From a virus (Duplodnaviria > Caudoviricetes), in IMG/VR virus record IMGVR_UViG_2816332589_000001, positions 72,929-136,928 of that record: a stretch of DNA of 64,000 nt, one strand, 5' to 3'. The position numbers and the translations under genes are program-made. The notes under the pieces were generated by a model, which was not told where the DNA came from, did no database searches, and saw only the letters and a list, made by a program, of their open reading frames with translations. This document shows, in pieces, positions 1 through 9,474 of this stretch; within the stretch, counting starts at the first letter, position 1; each line of letters opens with the position of its first letter.

Positions 1-1
1 G

Positions 2-616
2 GGCACGTGCGACCCCGCGCACGCGAAGACCTGGAACGGCGCACGGGCGGGCGTGGACTACATCTACTGGCCGGCCGCGCCGGACTGGGCGCTGGACGCC
101 CTGGCCACGTTCATGGCCTGGCAGTACAAGAACAACGGCATCCCGCTCACCGGGCCCTCGACGTGGCTGCCCTACCCGTCGTCGTACGGCAACACCCGGG
201 CCCGGATGTCGTTCTCCGCCTGGAACGCCTTCAAGGGCTGGTGCGGGCACTCCCACGTCCCGGAGAACTTCCACGGTGACCCCGGCAACATCGACTTCGC
301 CAAGCTGCTCACCCTGGCGAAGGCGAAGGCGAACGTCACCGGCGGGACGCCCGGCGGCGGCCCCGCGCCGAAGCCGATGCCGCCGTTCCCCGGGGCCTCG
401 TACTTCGGGCCGGGCAAGAACAACGGTCACATCACCATCCTCGGCAAGCAGCTGGTGAAGAAGGGCTTCGGCAAGCACTACACCAGCGGGCCGGGTCCGC
501 GCTGGTCGGAGGCCGACCGCCGCAACGTCCGCGATTTCCAGCTCTCCCGCACCGAGCTCCGCGGCGATCCCGACGGTATCCCCGGCCCGCTGACCTGGCG
601 GCTCCTCTTCTCCTGA
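2..616 (+). CDS. Endolysin C-terminal part (amidase end plus peptidoglycan-binding domain), 5'-truncated by the window edge
   Basis: Frame is open from base 2. GWCGHSHVPENFHGDPG is an Amidase_2-type end motif, followed by a Pro/Gly linker and a PG-binding tail (FQ...DPDGIPGPLTW). Confidence 0.8.
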   Translation, partial: GTCDPAHAKTWNGARAGVDYIYWPAAPDWALDALATFMAWQYKNNGIPLTGPSTWLPYPSSYGNTRARMSFSAWNAFKGWCGHSHVPENFHGDPGNIDFAKLLTLAKAKANVTGGTPGGGPAPKPMPPFPGASYFGPGKNNGHITILGKQLVKKGFGKHYTSGPGPRWSEADRRNVRDFQLSRTELRGDPDGIPGPLTWRLLFS

Positions 617-679
617 CCCACCCAACCGGTTGGCCCACTGCCCGGCGGGCCAACCGACGATCCTGAAAGGCCCGCTCCT

Positions 680-1150
680 GTGGCAGGCGAGACCGTCATC
701 ACCGTCATCGGCAACCTGGTCGATGACCCCGAACTGCGCTTCACTCCCTCCGGCTCCGCAGTCGCCAAGTTCCGCGTCGCATCCACGCCCCGCACCTTCG
801 ACCGGCAGGCCAACGAGTGGAAGGACGGCGACGCCCTGTTCCTGACCTGTCAGGTATGGCGCCAGGCGGCGGAGAACGTGGCGGAGTCCCTGACCCGTGG
901 CACACGCGTCATCGCACAGGGACGGCTGAAGCAGCGCTCGTACGAAGACCGCGAGGGGGTGAAGCGCACGGTCTACGAGCTGGACGTGGAAGAGGTCGGC
1001 CCGGCTCTGTCCCGGGCGACCGCGAAGGTGACCAAGTCCTCGGCTCCGCGTTCGGGTTCAGGGCCGGCGGCCTCTGCGAGCCCGGCCGACAACGCCCCGT
1101 CGTGGGCCAGCGCCCCGAAGGCCGGCCGTCAGCCGGAGCCGCCGTTCTAA
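680..1150 (+). CDS. ssb: Single-stranded DNA-binding protein
   Basis: [25 protein letters not shown] actinobacterial SSB N-terminus; EPPF C-terminal tip. Confidence 0.97.
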   Translation: MAGETVITVIGNLVDDPELRFTPSGSAVAKFRVASTPRTFDRQANEWKDGDALFLTCQVWRQAAENVAESLTRGTRVIAQGRLKQRSYEDREGVKRTVYELDVEEVGPALSRATAKVTKSSAPRSGSGPAASASPADNAPSWASAPKAGRQPEPPF

Positions 1151-2709
1151 GCAGCCCACGCGGCAGGCAGGGCTTCCAGGGCCAGGCCATGATCCTCCGG
1201 CTCCTCCGTCATGGGAGGGGCCGGAGGCGTTTCCGGGGTGGGGGTGGCCTGCTCTTCGGCGTGCGCCTCAGGCTTATCGGCTACCGGCTCCGCGGGTTCG
1301 TCACCGACGGGCAGACCGGGCTGTTCCTCGACAGGAGCGGGCCCTGATGGGTCGGCAGACTCAGGTTGCTCGGGAGCCGGCGCCGGGTCAGAGGGCTCGG
1401 GCGGGGGCATGGTGGGCGTCTTCGGCTTGGCGTCCGTGTCCGTTCCGCGGTCCTCCGTAGGGGTGCCGGTGTCCGCCGGCGTGTAGGTGGAGGGCGCGGG
1501 ACCGCCCGTCGGCTTCCGAGCCGGGGCGGGAGCGCTGACAACGGCAGTGGAATCGGCCTTGACCTGGGGCTCAACGCGACTGCTCTGCGGGCCGCTCGTC
1601 GCATCCACCACCACGGCGACCGCGTCGTTCGGCCCGGCGGGTGTGATGTCGAGCTGAGAGCTGGCGGCGCTGCCGAGTACCAGCTGTACCGCGCGCAGGA
1701 GCTGGACGGACTGCGCGTCATCACCCCGCACGGCGGCCTGAATCGCCTCCTCGGTGACGCCGAGCGTTCCGAAGGCGAGAGTGGCCAGCCGAGACGGCAG
1801 CGGCGCGCCGGCCCCCGTAGGCCCTGAGAACATCGCCGGGTCCGCATGGCCCCTGTGTTGGCTCTGGCTGTGCTGTTCGGCGACGACGCTGCGCTCCCAC
1901 TCCGTCAGGCGCTTGTCATCGGTGCCCCACAGCACGATCCGATCGTGCTGCCGCACGTTGTGGTACAGGTCCTTGTTGCCCTCCTCGGCGGCCCAGGCCG
2001 AAGCGGACTCCTCGTCGGGAAAGACGCGGAAGCCGACTTTCTCGAAGTCGTAGGAGAACGTGAACGCGGTGGAGGTGCCGACGGACGCCTCCGAGGTCAT
2101 GACCTTTCCATCGGAGTCCACGCACTTCGCCTCGTACGGCCCCATGGGGTCGCATTTCATCTGACCGCCCTTGGCGATCTTCTCGAAGTCCGGGTTCCGG
2201 TAAGTGCTCGCGGCGACCTGGTCGTCCGCGTTGACAGGCTTGTCGTTCTGGCTGACGGGCGGGGCGGCAGCCGTGGGGGGCACGGAGCTTCTGGGAGCCG
2301 GGTTCAGCCACTGGGCCAGGATCGCGCCGCCGACGAGAGCGGGCGCGGCCACCGCAGCGATCCTCGCCCAGCGCGGAGGGCGGGGCCGCCGGTGCGCACC
2401 GACTTCCTTCACCGGCGCGGGCGGGACGACGCCGGCGGCGGGCGCCGCCTCAAAGCGGGGGATGTTCTGGTGGGCGCCCAGCCGCTCGTTCATCTCGATG
2501 ATGTTCCGGCAGTGCGTACGCACGAGTTCTTGAGCCTCGTAGCGCTCCAGCTCCGGGCAGACGCGCAGGATGCTCTTGACCGCGGAATCGAAGGACTGAT
2601 TGGGCGAGACGAACAGGTAAGTGATGCCCTCATCGACCTTCTCGAAGGTCACGGCATCCGCACCGTGGTCTTCTTCCAGAATGCGCAGGTGGGCGGTGCT
2701 GCTGCTCAC
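1147..2709 (-). CDS. Single-pass membrane protein with Pro/Glu-rich C-terminus, third gene of the ECF sigma operon
   Basis: 520 aa, one hydrophobic helix ([21 protein letters not shown]); start overlaps the upstream stop. Confidence 0.7.
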   Translation of the reverse strand: MSSSTAHLRILEEDHGADAVTFEKVDEGITYLFVSPNQSFDSAVKSILRVCPELERYEAQELVRTHCRNIIEMNERLGAHQNIPRFEAAPAAGVVPPAPVKEVGAHRRPRPPRWARIAAVAAPALVGGAILAQWLNPAPRSSVPPTAAAPPVSQNDKPVNADDQVAASTYRNPDFEKIAKGGQMKCDPMGPYEAKCVDSDGKVMTSEASVGTSTAFTFSYDFEKVGFRVFPDEESASAWAAEEGNKDLYHNVRQHDRIVLWGTDDKRLTEWERSVVAEQHSQSQHRGHADPAMFSGPTGAGAPLPSRLATLAFGTLGVTEEAIQAAVRGDDAQSVQLLRAVQLVLGSAASSQLDITPAGPNDAVAVVVDATSGPQSSRVEPQVKADSTAVVSAPAPARKPTGGPAPSTYTPADTGTPTEDRGTDTDAKPKTPTMPPPEPSDPAPAPEQPESADPSGPAPVEEQPGLPVGDEPAEPVADKPEAHAEEQATPTPETPPAPPMTEEPEDHGLALEALPAAWAA

Positions 2710-3089
2710 TGATTGCGGTCCGGAGCGTTCTGTCGCAGCCGGGCTGCGATGCTCGCGGCGATGCCTTCGAGGCGCGCATCGTCAATGCCCTCGATGTCGG
2801 CGACGGCAAGGCGCATACCCGGGCCGGCCTTGGCCTCCCGGGTATGGATGCCGGGGTCAGCGAGGTCTTCGGCGTGGTCGGCGCTGCTTTGGGGGCGGGC
2901 GCGGCGGTCGGCCTCGCGCATCATCGCGTCGAATGCGCGTGAGCGTGCGCTTTCGCTGATGGCGGGAGTGGACCGGAGAGCGTTCGCGGCCATCACCATG
3001 CTGGTGATCTCCGGGTTTTCAGGTTCGGCGTCGCCGGACAGGCAGCGGTCAAGCTGCACTGCTGCGGCGCTATCCCTTCGACCCAGCAT
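2706..3089 (-). CDS. Small protein coupled to the ECF sigma gene, candidate anti-sigma domain
   Basis: Overlaps the 3' end of the sigma gene; helical 127-aa protein. Function is inferred from position. Confidence 0.6.
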   Translation of the reverse strand: MLGRRDSAAAVQLDRCLSGDAEPENPEITSMVMAANALRSTPAISESARSRAFDAMMREADRRARPQSSADHAEDLADPGIHTREAKAGPGMRLAVADIEGIDDARLEGIAASIAARLRQNAPDRNQ

Positions 3090-3789
3090 CGTTCTTCTCC
3101 CTCAGCATCACTGGCGTGGCACGGCCATCGTCCCGCGGTCCGTCCGCGGCAGACAGCAGGTACGCCGCCAAGGTGCTGTCGCGCTCTGGCATGAGAGTGC
3201 GCAGCCGGGCGAGCGCACGGTACTGCAACACGCGAATCGTACCTACTGGCTTGCCCATAATTTCCGCCGTCTCAGCGGTTGTATGCCCAGACGTGATGCG
3301 AAGAGCCAGGACAAGCTGCTGGTCGTCCGACAGTTTGTCCAGCTTTCTCCGGATGGCTTCCCCCAGCTCGTTCCACTCGGCTCTCTCCTCGGGGCCCATC
3401 TCGGTGCTCGGGTAGTCGAGCTGCCAGAAGTCGCTGGTCGGCTTCTCGAAACCCCTGTTGCGCATCGGCCGGAAATAGTCGTTGTAGACGTTGCGGGCGA
3501 TCGCGAAGACCCACGCCCGGATGCCGTGGCCGTCGTAGCTGTCGATCTTCTGCACGACCTTGACGAACGTCTCCTGGGCCAAGTCCTCGGCGGTGGAGGG
3601 GTCTTGGATGCGCGCGTTCATGAAGCGAACGATCGGCTCGTACATGACGCCGAAGACCTCAGCGAGTGCCGCCTTGTTGCTCGGGTCCTTGGCAGCGCGG
3701 GCCGCGGCGGCTTCCAGGGGGCTCCCGAACTCGCCGTCGCACGACGTGGTTTTGCTCGCGCTGGGCGTGCTGGGCATGTACCGCCTCAC
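3070..3789 (-). CDS. ECF RNA polymerase sigma factor (BldN/SigD-like)
   Basis: Region 2 TAEDLAQETF...AWVFAIARN; region 4 AETAEIMGKPVGTIRVLQYRAL. Confidence 0.92.
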   Translation of the reverse strand: MRRYMPSTPSASKTTSCDGEFGSPLEAAAARAAKDPSNKAALAEVFGVMYEPIVRFMNARIQDPSTAEDLAQETFVKVVQKIDSYDGHGIRAWVFAIARNVYNDYFRPMRNRGFEKPTSDFWQLDYPSTEMGPEERAEWNELGEAIRRKLDKLSDDQQLVLALRITSGHTTAETAEIMGKPVGTIRVLQYRALARLRTLMPERDSTLAAYLLSAADGPRDDGRATPVMLREKNDAGSKG

Positions 3790-4112
3790 TCCGCTCTTGA
3801 TCGGCCTCGGAACGACATCTTCCGACAGGGGCGAACGCGTGCGCTACTACCAAATCGCACGTGAGATCGAAAAAGTTGCGGTTGCCTCAAAAGCCCGGAA
3901 TGCGACAAGTTGATCAGGTTGCTCCTGCTTACAGGTCGGGCAAACCGGGTCAGACCGTCCGTGCTGCACGCTCGTTGAACGCCGTACGGGCACAGTGCCC
4001 GTTGCCGAACCGTTACCGAGGCTCGGCCGTGTCGCACACCTTTCCCAAATCCGCCTGCTCATGCGCACCCGGTGCGCCTGGCTGACGCGGGACGTGGTGT
4101 GCACTAAGGTGT

Positions 4113-4403
4113 GTGGCCATCGCCCGGGGACGAGCAACCCGGCATCAACCAGTGAAGGGAGCGGCCGTGGACCAGGCCCGCTTGGCAGACCGGATAAACC
4201 GGCTCCCGTACGAGCAATGGCTGCCCGCCGACGAGAGCGCCGGGATCATCGGTGTGTCCGCGCCCGAGGCGGCCAAGTTGCTGCGCGCCGGCCGCCGACA
4301 CGGAATGCTGACCGTGCGCCGTGTGGACGACGGCCGCCTGCTGTTCATGCGCATCCGCCGGCGCCCTACCACCAGGATCATCCGCACCGGTGTATCGGCA
4401 TGA
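4113..4403 (+). CDS. Small putative winged-HTH protein
   Basis: ADESAGIIGVSAPEAAKLLR resembles an HTH; ATGA coupling to the next gene. Confidence 0.5.
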   Translation: MAIARGRATRHQPVKGAAVDQARLADRINRLPYEQWLPADESAGIIGVSAPEAAKLLRAGRRHGMLTVRRVDDGRLLFMRIRRRPTTRIIRTGVSA

Positions 4404-4783
4404 CGGCCCGCCCCAGTGACACCCTCGACATCGACGTGATCGCGCTGTACCTCTCGGGCTGGAGCTGCCACCCTCTGGACACGCTCTTCCACGAGGACGT
4501 CGAGGACCGCATCCTGAGCACCCGCGAGGCTTACGTCCGCCGTGGCCTGACGGTGGACCAGGCGCTGCGCGCCGACTTCGACCGGGCTGCGGGGCAGCAG
4601 GGCATCGACCGCGAGGAACTGGAGGCCGCCCGCGGCGCGGTCTCGCGCTTCCGCTTCGATCTCCTGCCCAGCGACCCTGACCACCCTGACGCCTTCTTCG
4701 GCTATGACCAATTCGGCCTGCCACTCTCCAACCGCGACCTCGCGGACATCTACTACGGTGAGGTGCCGGATGGTTCAGCTTGA
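4400..4783 (+). CDS. Hypothetical acidic protein
   Basis: ATG overlaps the upstream stop; GC3-rich codons (MTARPSDTLDIDVIALY...). Confidence 0.65.
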   Translation: MTARPSDTLDIDVIALYLSGWSCHPLDTLFHEDVEDRILSTREAYVRRGLTVDQALRADFDRAAGQQGIDREELEAARGAVSRFRFDLLPSDPDHPDAFFGYDQFGLPLSNRDLADIYYGEVPDGSA

Positions 4784-4788
4784 GTACG

Positions 4789-4906
4789 GTTTGATAACCG
4801 GCCCCAGGCCCGTTCTTCCCAGGTGCCCGCGCGTCAGCGCGGCCCCGGGTTCGCGCGATGAAAAGACGCAGCAGCGTGGCGGGGGGCCTGGGGCCGGTTA
4901 TCAAAC
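4789..4906. repeat. Perfect 23-bp inverted repeat flanking 72 bp
   Basis: GTTTGATAACCGGCCCCAGGCCC at 4789-4811; reverse complement at 4884-4906. Confidence 0.9.
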
Positions 4907-5021
4907 TATCCTGACCAGCGGTACTACTCACGGGGGCGGAAGAACGCCGCAGGTACCGGCCTGCGGCGCAGCCTACGGGCAGGGCTCGCCCTGCCCGGTG
5001 ATGCGACCCGGGAACGATTGG

Positions 5022-5567
5022 ATGGCGGAGGCAAGCATCTCGGCATGGCGCTCGCGCGCCCTCCTGAGACTGGACAGCGCGCGCAGAGCCCAACGTGCCG
5101 AAGACGTGGCGGAGATCCTTGCCGAGCTGCGCGACGTGCACGTGGCTCTCGGCGAGCGGCGTACGGGCTCGCCCGAGGAACAGCGGGAGTACCTCCTCGC
5201 CCGCAGCACCAACACCCCGCTGCCGGAGCTCCACGCCGCGGGGATCAACACCAACGACTGGCCGGCACCGCCGCACTCCTCCCCCGCCCGACCGGGCTTC
5301 GTCTCTACCTCGCGCGACACCGAGCAGAGGATCACCAGCCTCTTCGAGTCCGCCGGCCCGCTCGGCGACCTCCAGCCGCGCGGGCCGCGGTACGAGGTGC
5401 GCTACAGGCCGCAGGACCGCCAGCGCTACAAGCAGGTCCCCCTGGACTGGGCCATCTGGGACACCGAGACGGACCTCCCGATCGCGTACCACCAGGACAA
5501 GGAGCTGGCCGAGTATCAGGCCGACAACGCGTCCGCGCGGTACGCCGAGCAACGGGAGGCCATCTGA
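5022..5567 (+). CDS. Hypothetical protein
   Basis: Coding-like 3' part of ORF 4704-5567; start uncertain. Confidence 0.6.
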   Translation: MAEASISAWRSRALLRLDSARRAQRAEDVAEILAELRDVHVALGERRTGSPEEQREYLLARSTNTPLPELHAAGINTNDWPAPPHSSPARPGFVSTSRDTEQRITSLFESAGPLGDLQPRGPRYEVRYRPQDRQRYKQVPLDWAIWDTETDLPIAYHQDKELAEYQADNASARYAEQREAI

Positions 5568-6237
5568 GAGCACGTCACCGGCGCGGCGCGCCCGCCCAGG
5601 TGGCCCACCAGGGGGATGAGAAGGTCTAGTCTGTCCCCACGATTACCGTCGGCGATCATGTGCCCTCTTCTGAAGGCTCCGCCGCCGGCACACGACCACA
5701 AGACCACAACGGCAAAAGCCCCGCCGCTCGCTGCAAATAAGGCGTCCAAACCTTGCAGCAAGCACCTTGCGGGGCCGCGCCGGAGACCTAGCTAAGGATC
5801 GGTCTCGATGAGCACCAATGTACCCGCCCCCGGGTGGGATCACGCAATGAGAAGGCCCACCGGGCGGCGCGTCGTGCGCCGACTTCCGGTGGGCCTTGAG
5901 GCGTTCGTTGGTGGTTCTGGTCTTCGCTCCCCCTCGACGGAGGTCTGCCTTACGCATTCGGCGATCATGGCATCCGCTCTGTCCGTCTCTCCCCCTTCGG
6001 AGGTCGTCGTGACCTAGTCCTACCTGGCTGTGCGCCCCGGGGCCGTTGGCAGCGGCATCCGAGCGTGCAGTCCCTCTTCGCGGCTGGCTCGTTGGCGACG
6101 AGTTGACCGCGGTGTTACTCGGCCCCTGGCGTGGGGCTGTTGGTCCCCCGCACACAAGTGCGGTTTCACCGGTTCTTCCCAGAACCCCCGTTTCCGGGGG
6201 CCTTCGTGCGCTCTCGGAACCCCAAGAGCACGGAGTC

Positions 6238-7623
6238 ATGATGCCCCATGTCGTTGCGCGCGGCCAGTCCATCCCGCCGACGCGCCGAGAATCAGATCCG
6301 TCGAGCATCGTCGCGGCATCGTCGCGGCATCGTCGGAACATCCCCGCGAAGGTGATCGCGACCGTCACCCGCGGCCTGTCGCCCCAGATGGCCCGTCTGC
6401 TCCTGGAGGGCGACACGGAGTGCCGGTACATGGGCCGCAACGACAGCGAGGAGGGGTATCGGCTGACGATGGCGCTGGCCGTCGCCGCCTCCCAGCCCGG
6501 CCGGGCCTGGTCGCCGGCCGACTTCCACCGCGCACTGATCTACACCCCGACGGAGGCCGGTAGCTGGGCTCGCAGGCTGCGGGCGAACAAGGGGCCGGAG
6601 TACGCCGAGGGCAAGCTGACCGCGATGTTGCTCAAGGCACGCCAGCATGTCGCGGAGCGGCCTCCCATCACCTGCCGTCCCAGCGGCTGGGAGGCCGTGG
6701 CGCGGGCACGCGCGGTCGTGGACCGGATGGTGTGGCGCTGCAAAGGCGGAGGCGACACGGACCTGAAGAACCTCGCGGCGCGCCTGGAGCTGTGCGAGAA
6801 GACCGGCGGCTTCGACCATGAACTGTCCATTCGCCGACAGGCTGAGCTGATGGGGTGCGCGAAGCAGACAGCGGCCAACAGCAACAAGCGACTCAAGAAG
6901 CACGGCCTCCTGATTCGGGACGCTTCCGGCGCGGGGACTGACCACGGGTCGAGGTGGCGGCTCACGGTGGATGAACTGTCTCTGCGCCGCTGGGCCAAGG
7001 AGAGAGAAGACGATGGTGCAGGACCAGGACACCGTCCAGCCGCAGGGACAGGGGGGGGCAGGACCAGTGTCCCAGGTGTGCACACCGACACCAGGAAGCT
7101 CGCCGGTCTCGTGTCCCACGACGCCTTCCACCGCTATGGCCACGGCACCACCGGCGCCCGGATTCTCGCCTCGCTCGACGTGACGGAGGGCAAGAGCGCC
7201 CGCGAGCTGCGCGAGGCCCTGGCGGTGCACCGCACGACCATCAGCCGACGCCTCGCCCTACTGGTGGAGGACGGCCTGGTGGTGGAGCTGGAGGGCCTGT
7301 ACTACCTGGCGAAGCCCCTTGCGGGGCCCGCCGGTGAGCTGGAGGCGGACGCGGCACTGCTCGACGCCTCCGCCGAGCGGAGGGGCACGGCCGGCGCGGG
7401 CGAACGGCGCCGCCAGAGGCACGCTCGCGACCGGGTCACCTACCAGCGGTGGCGGGCGGAGAAGAAGCAGCGGCGCGAGCGCGAGCGCGAGCCCCTGCGC
7501 CTGGTGCCTGAGGGAGTGGTGAACGAGGAGACCGGCGAGATCATCGACCCGGAATGGCGAGGATGGGACGTGTCGGACCCGTTCCGGCCCGTACCGCTGC
7601 CGCAATGGGCGGCGACGGCGTGA
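6238..7623 (+). CDS. Multi-HTH DNA-binding protein, candidate replication initiator
   Basis: Two HTH-like segments (LSIRRQAELMGCAKQTAANSNKRL; KSARELREALAVHRTTISRRL) and a long structured upstream region; start uncertain (6046-6241). Confidence 0.55.
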   Translation: MMPHVVARGQSIPPTRRESDPSSIVAASSRHRRNIPAKVIATVTRGLSPQMARLLLEGDTECRYMGRNDSEEGYRLTMALAVAASQPGRAWSPADFHRALIYTPTEAGSWARRLRANKGPEYAEGKLTAMLLKARQHVAERPPITCRPSGWEAVARARAVVDRMVWRCKGGGDTDLKNLAARLELCEKTGGFDHELSIRRQAELMGCAKQTAANSNKRLKKHGLLIRDASGAGTDHGSRWRLTVDELSLRRWAKEREDDGAGPGHRPAAGTGGGRTSVPGVHTDTRKLAGLVSHDAFHRYGHGTTGARILASLDVTEGKSARELREALAVHRTTISRRLALLVEDGLVVELEGLYYLAKPLAGPAGELEADAALLDASAERRGTAGAGERRRQRHARDRVTYQRWRAEKKQRREREREPLRLVPEGVVNEETGEIIDPEWRGWDVSDPFRPVPLPQWAATA

Positions 7624-7629
7624 TGAAGG

Positions 7630-7649
7630 TGTTCACCGTGGGAACACCC
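7630..7649 (+). promoter_or_regulatory. Quasi-palindromic site TGTTCACCGTGGGAACACCC, copy 1
   Basis: An exact 20-bp copy lies on the minus strand at 20046-20065. Confidence 0.55.
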
Positions 7650-7651
7650 GC

Positions 7652-8152
7652 TTAGCGGCGTACGGCGGCCCACGTCTGGTGCACGCCGTTCTCGAAGTGC
7701 GTGCCATAGTCCGCAGCGATCGCCTTCACCAGGTGCAGCCCGATCGTGATGTCGGCCGCAACTTGGGGAAGTTGGTGCTCATGCTCAACGCTGAGGAAGA
7801 CGTGCTCCGCGTCCACCCACACCGCGCACACCAGCGAATCGCCCTCAGTGAGGGGGTAGGTGATCGTCGTGATCTCCGAGAGGCAGGTCTCCACCCGCCG
7901 GACGACAGCTTCCGACGCGCTGTCAGCGGTCAGCATGAGCCGGAGCATGGTGCGAGCCACCTCGCGCACCTTGTACACAGCGGTGCCGGTGGCCGGGACG
8001 GTGAAGCGAGAGCGTCGGGTGATGGCGAGGCCGTTTGGCAGAGAGGGCTTCTTGGGGAAAGCGTGGCGGCTGAAGCGCAGTGAGAGCGTCAGCGCGCTGT
8101 GGGCGTCGCTCGAAGCTGCATGGGTCGGAGCCCAGGGCTCCGGAGTGCTCAT
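7652..8152 (-). CDS. Degenerate HATPase_c/RsbW-like regulatory protein
   Basis: AVYKVREVAR...ETCLSEIT...GLHLVKAIAADYG...TWAAV follows the Streptomyces ATP-binding protein pattern, but the N-box Asn and GRG motif are missing. Confidence 0.65.
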   Translation of the reverse strand: MSTPEPWAPTHAASSDAHSALTLSLRFSRHAFPKKPSLPNGLAITRRSRFTVPATGTAVYKVREVARTMLRLMLTADSASEAVVRRVETCLSEITTITYPLTEGDSLVCAVWVDAEHVFLSVEHEHQLPQVAADITIGLHLVKAIAADYGTHFENGVHQTWAAVRR

Positions 8153-8411
8153 CACTCTAAGTTCCGCTCCATTCGCAACCAGGGGCTTACAACCGCGCCG
8201 CACAGGAGAAGTCCCTGGCTGGCTTCCCCGAACACGCCGAGGAAGCGATGGAACGTTGCTGCCGGAGACCGGCGAGCCGATCACAGGCGTGCCTCCTTCG
8301 ATGTGCGACGCAGCGTGTTCGACCGATCGCCCTCTTTCGGCCATGAACCTAAGCATCCGGTCCGGCGAGCGTCAACTATTGTTTAGGCAGACCGAGAGGA
8401 AGCAGCGCGCC

Positions 8412-8900
8412 GTGGCTCATAGAGACGAGATACCGGACACCGGGGTGTCGGCCCAGTCCCCCGTGCCCGTACCGGGCCCCGGAGCGTCGTTCGCCGACCG
8501 CCTGAATTACCTGTTCGACCGGGTGCGCTCGCCGGGGGCCGACGAGTTCAGCAACGCGCACGTCGCCCGCACGATCGCCGCCTACGGCGAGGAGAACCGC
8601 TGTACTGGCGCCTACCTGAGCAAGTTGCGCAAGGGCGAGTCCCAGCCGACCGTCGGGATCGTGAAGGTGATCGCCCGCTTCTTCGGCGTGAAGGCCAGCT
8701 ACTTCCTCGACGACGAGGAGCGGGAGAAGGTCACCGCGCAGTTCGAGCTGCTGCGGAAGCTGAGCGATGCGGGCGTGACCGGTGTCGCCCTGCGCGCCAT
8801 CGGCCTGTCGCCGAAGAGCCTGGGCGAAGTGGTGAAGAAGATCGACGCCGTACGCAAGCAGGAGGGCCTGCCGCCCGCGCCCGAGGAGCCCCTGCCGTGA
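8412..8900 (+). CDS. XRE/EspR-like HTH transcriptional regulator
   Basis: SFADRLNYLFD...YLSKLRKG...IARFFGVKASYF...GVALRAIGLS is EspR-like. Confidence 0.85.
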   Translation: MAHRDEIPDTGVSAQSPVPVPGPGASFADRLNYLFDRVRSPGADEFSNAHVARTIAAYGEENRCTGAYLSKLRKGESQPTVGIVKVIARFFGVKASYFLDDEEREKVTAQFELLRKLSDAGVTGVALRAIGLSPKSLGEVVKKIDAVRKQEGLPPAPEEPLP

Positions 8901-9460
8901 CCCGCACGCCGCGCCGCCGCAAGTGGCGCCGGGCCGCCGGCCAGACCGACGAGGTCGAACAGCGCGGCCGCGCCTTCATCGAGGAGCTGGACCTGCCGCC
9001 CGTCGACAGCGTCCTGGACCTGCTGCCGTTCATGGAGGCCCGGCTCAACCGGTCGATCCGCCTCATGCCGTTCACACCCGACCCCGCCGACCCGGACGCC
9101 CTCGACGCCTCCGCGCCCTGCGGCCTGTGGCTGGCCACCGAGACGACCGACTACGTCTTCTACGACACCGGAATCAGCCGCGCGCACGCCGAAATCATCG
9201 TCGCCCACGAGTTCGCCCACATGCTCAAGCAGCACCGCGGCAACCAGCCGCTGCTGACCGGCGACCTCGGGGGACTGATCACCGACATCGACCCGGCCAC
9301 CGTCCAGCTCATCCTCGGCCGCACCCGATACACCGAACCCGACGAGTACGAGGCAGAGATGCTCGGCTCGCTGCTGGACGAACACGTCAGCAAGGCCCGC
9401 GCCGCCGCCTCCCGCACCGCCCCGGAATCCGACCCGATAGCCCGCACGCTGCTGCGATGA
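8897..9460 (+). CDS. ImmA/IrrE-like HEXXH metallopeptidase-fold regulator component
   Basis: PCGLW...AHEFAHML...EYEAE motifs; coupled to the XRE gene. Confidence 0.8.
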   Translation: MTRTPRRRKWRRAAGQTDEVEQRGRAFIEELDLPPVDSVLDLLPFMEARLNRSIRLMPFTPDPADPDALDASAPCGLWLATETTDYVFYDTGISRAHAEIIVAHEFAHMLKQHRGNQPLLTGDLGGLITDIDPATVQLILGRTRYTEPDEYEAEMLGSLLDEHVSKARAAASRTAPESDPIARTLLR

Positions 9461-9474
9461 ACGAATAAGGCTCC

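Noticed and set aside
6115-6117. TTA (bldA-dependent) codon in the candidate rep ORF
   Set aside because: It lies upstream of the more likely ATG at 6238/6241, so it is probably not translated.
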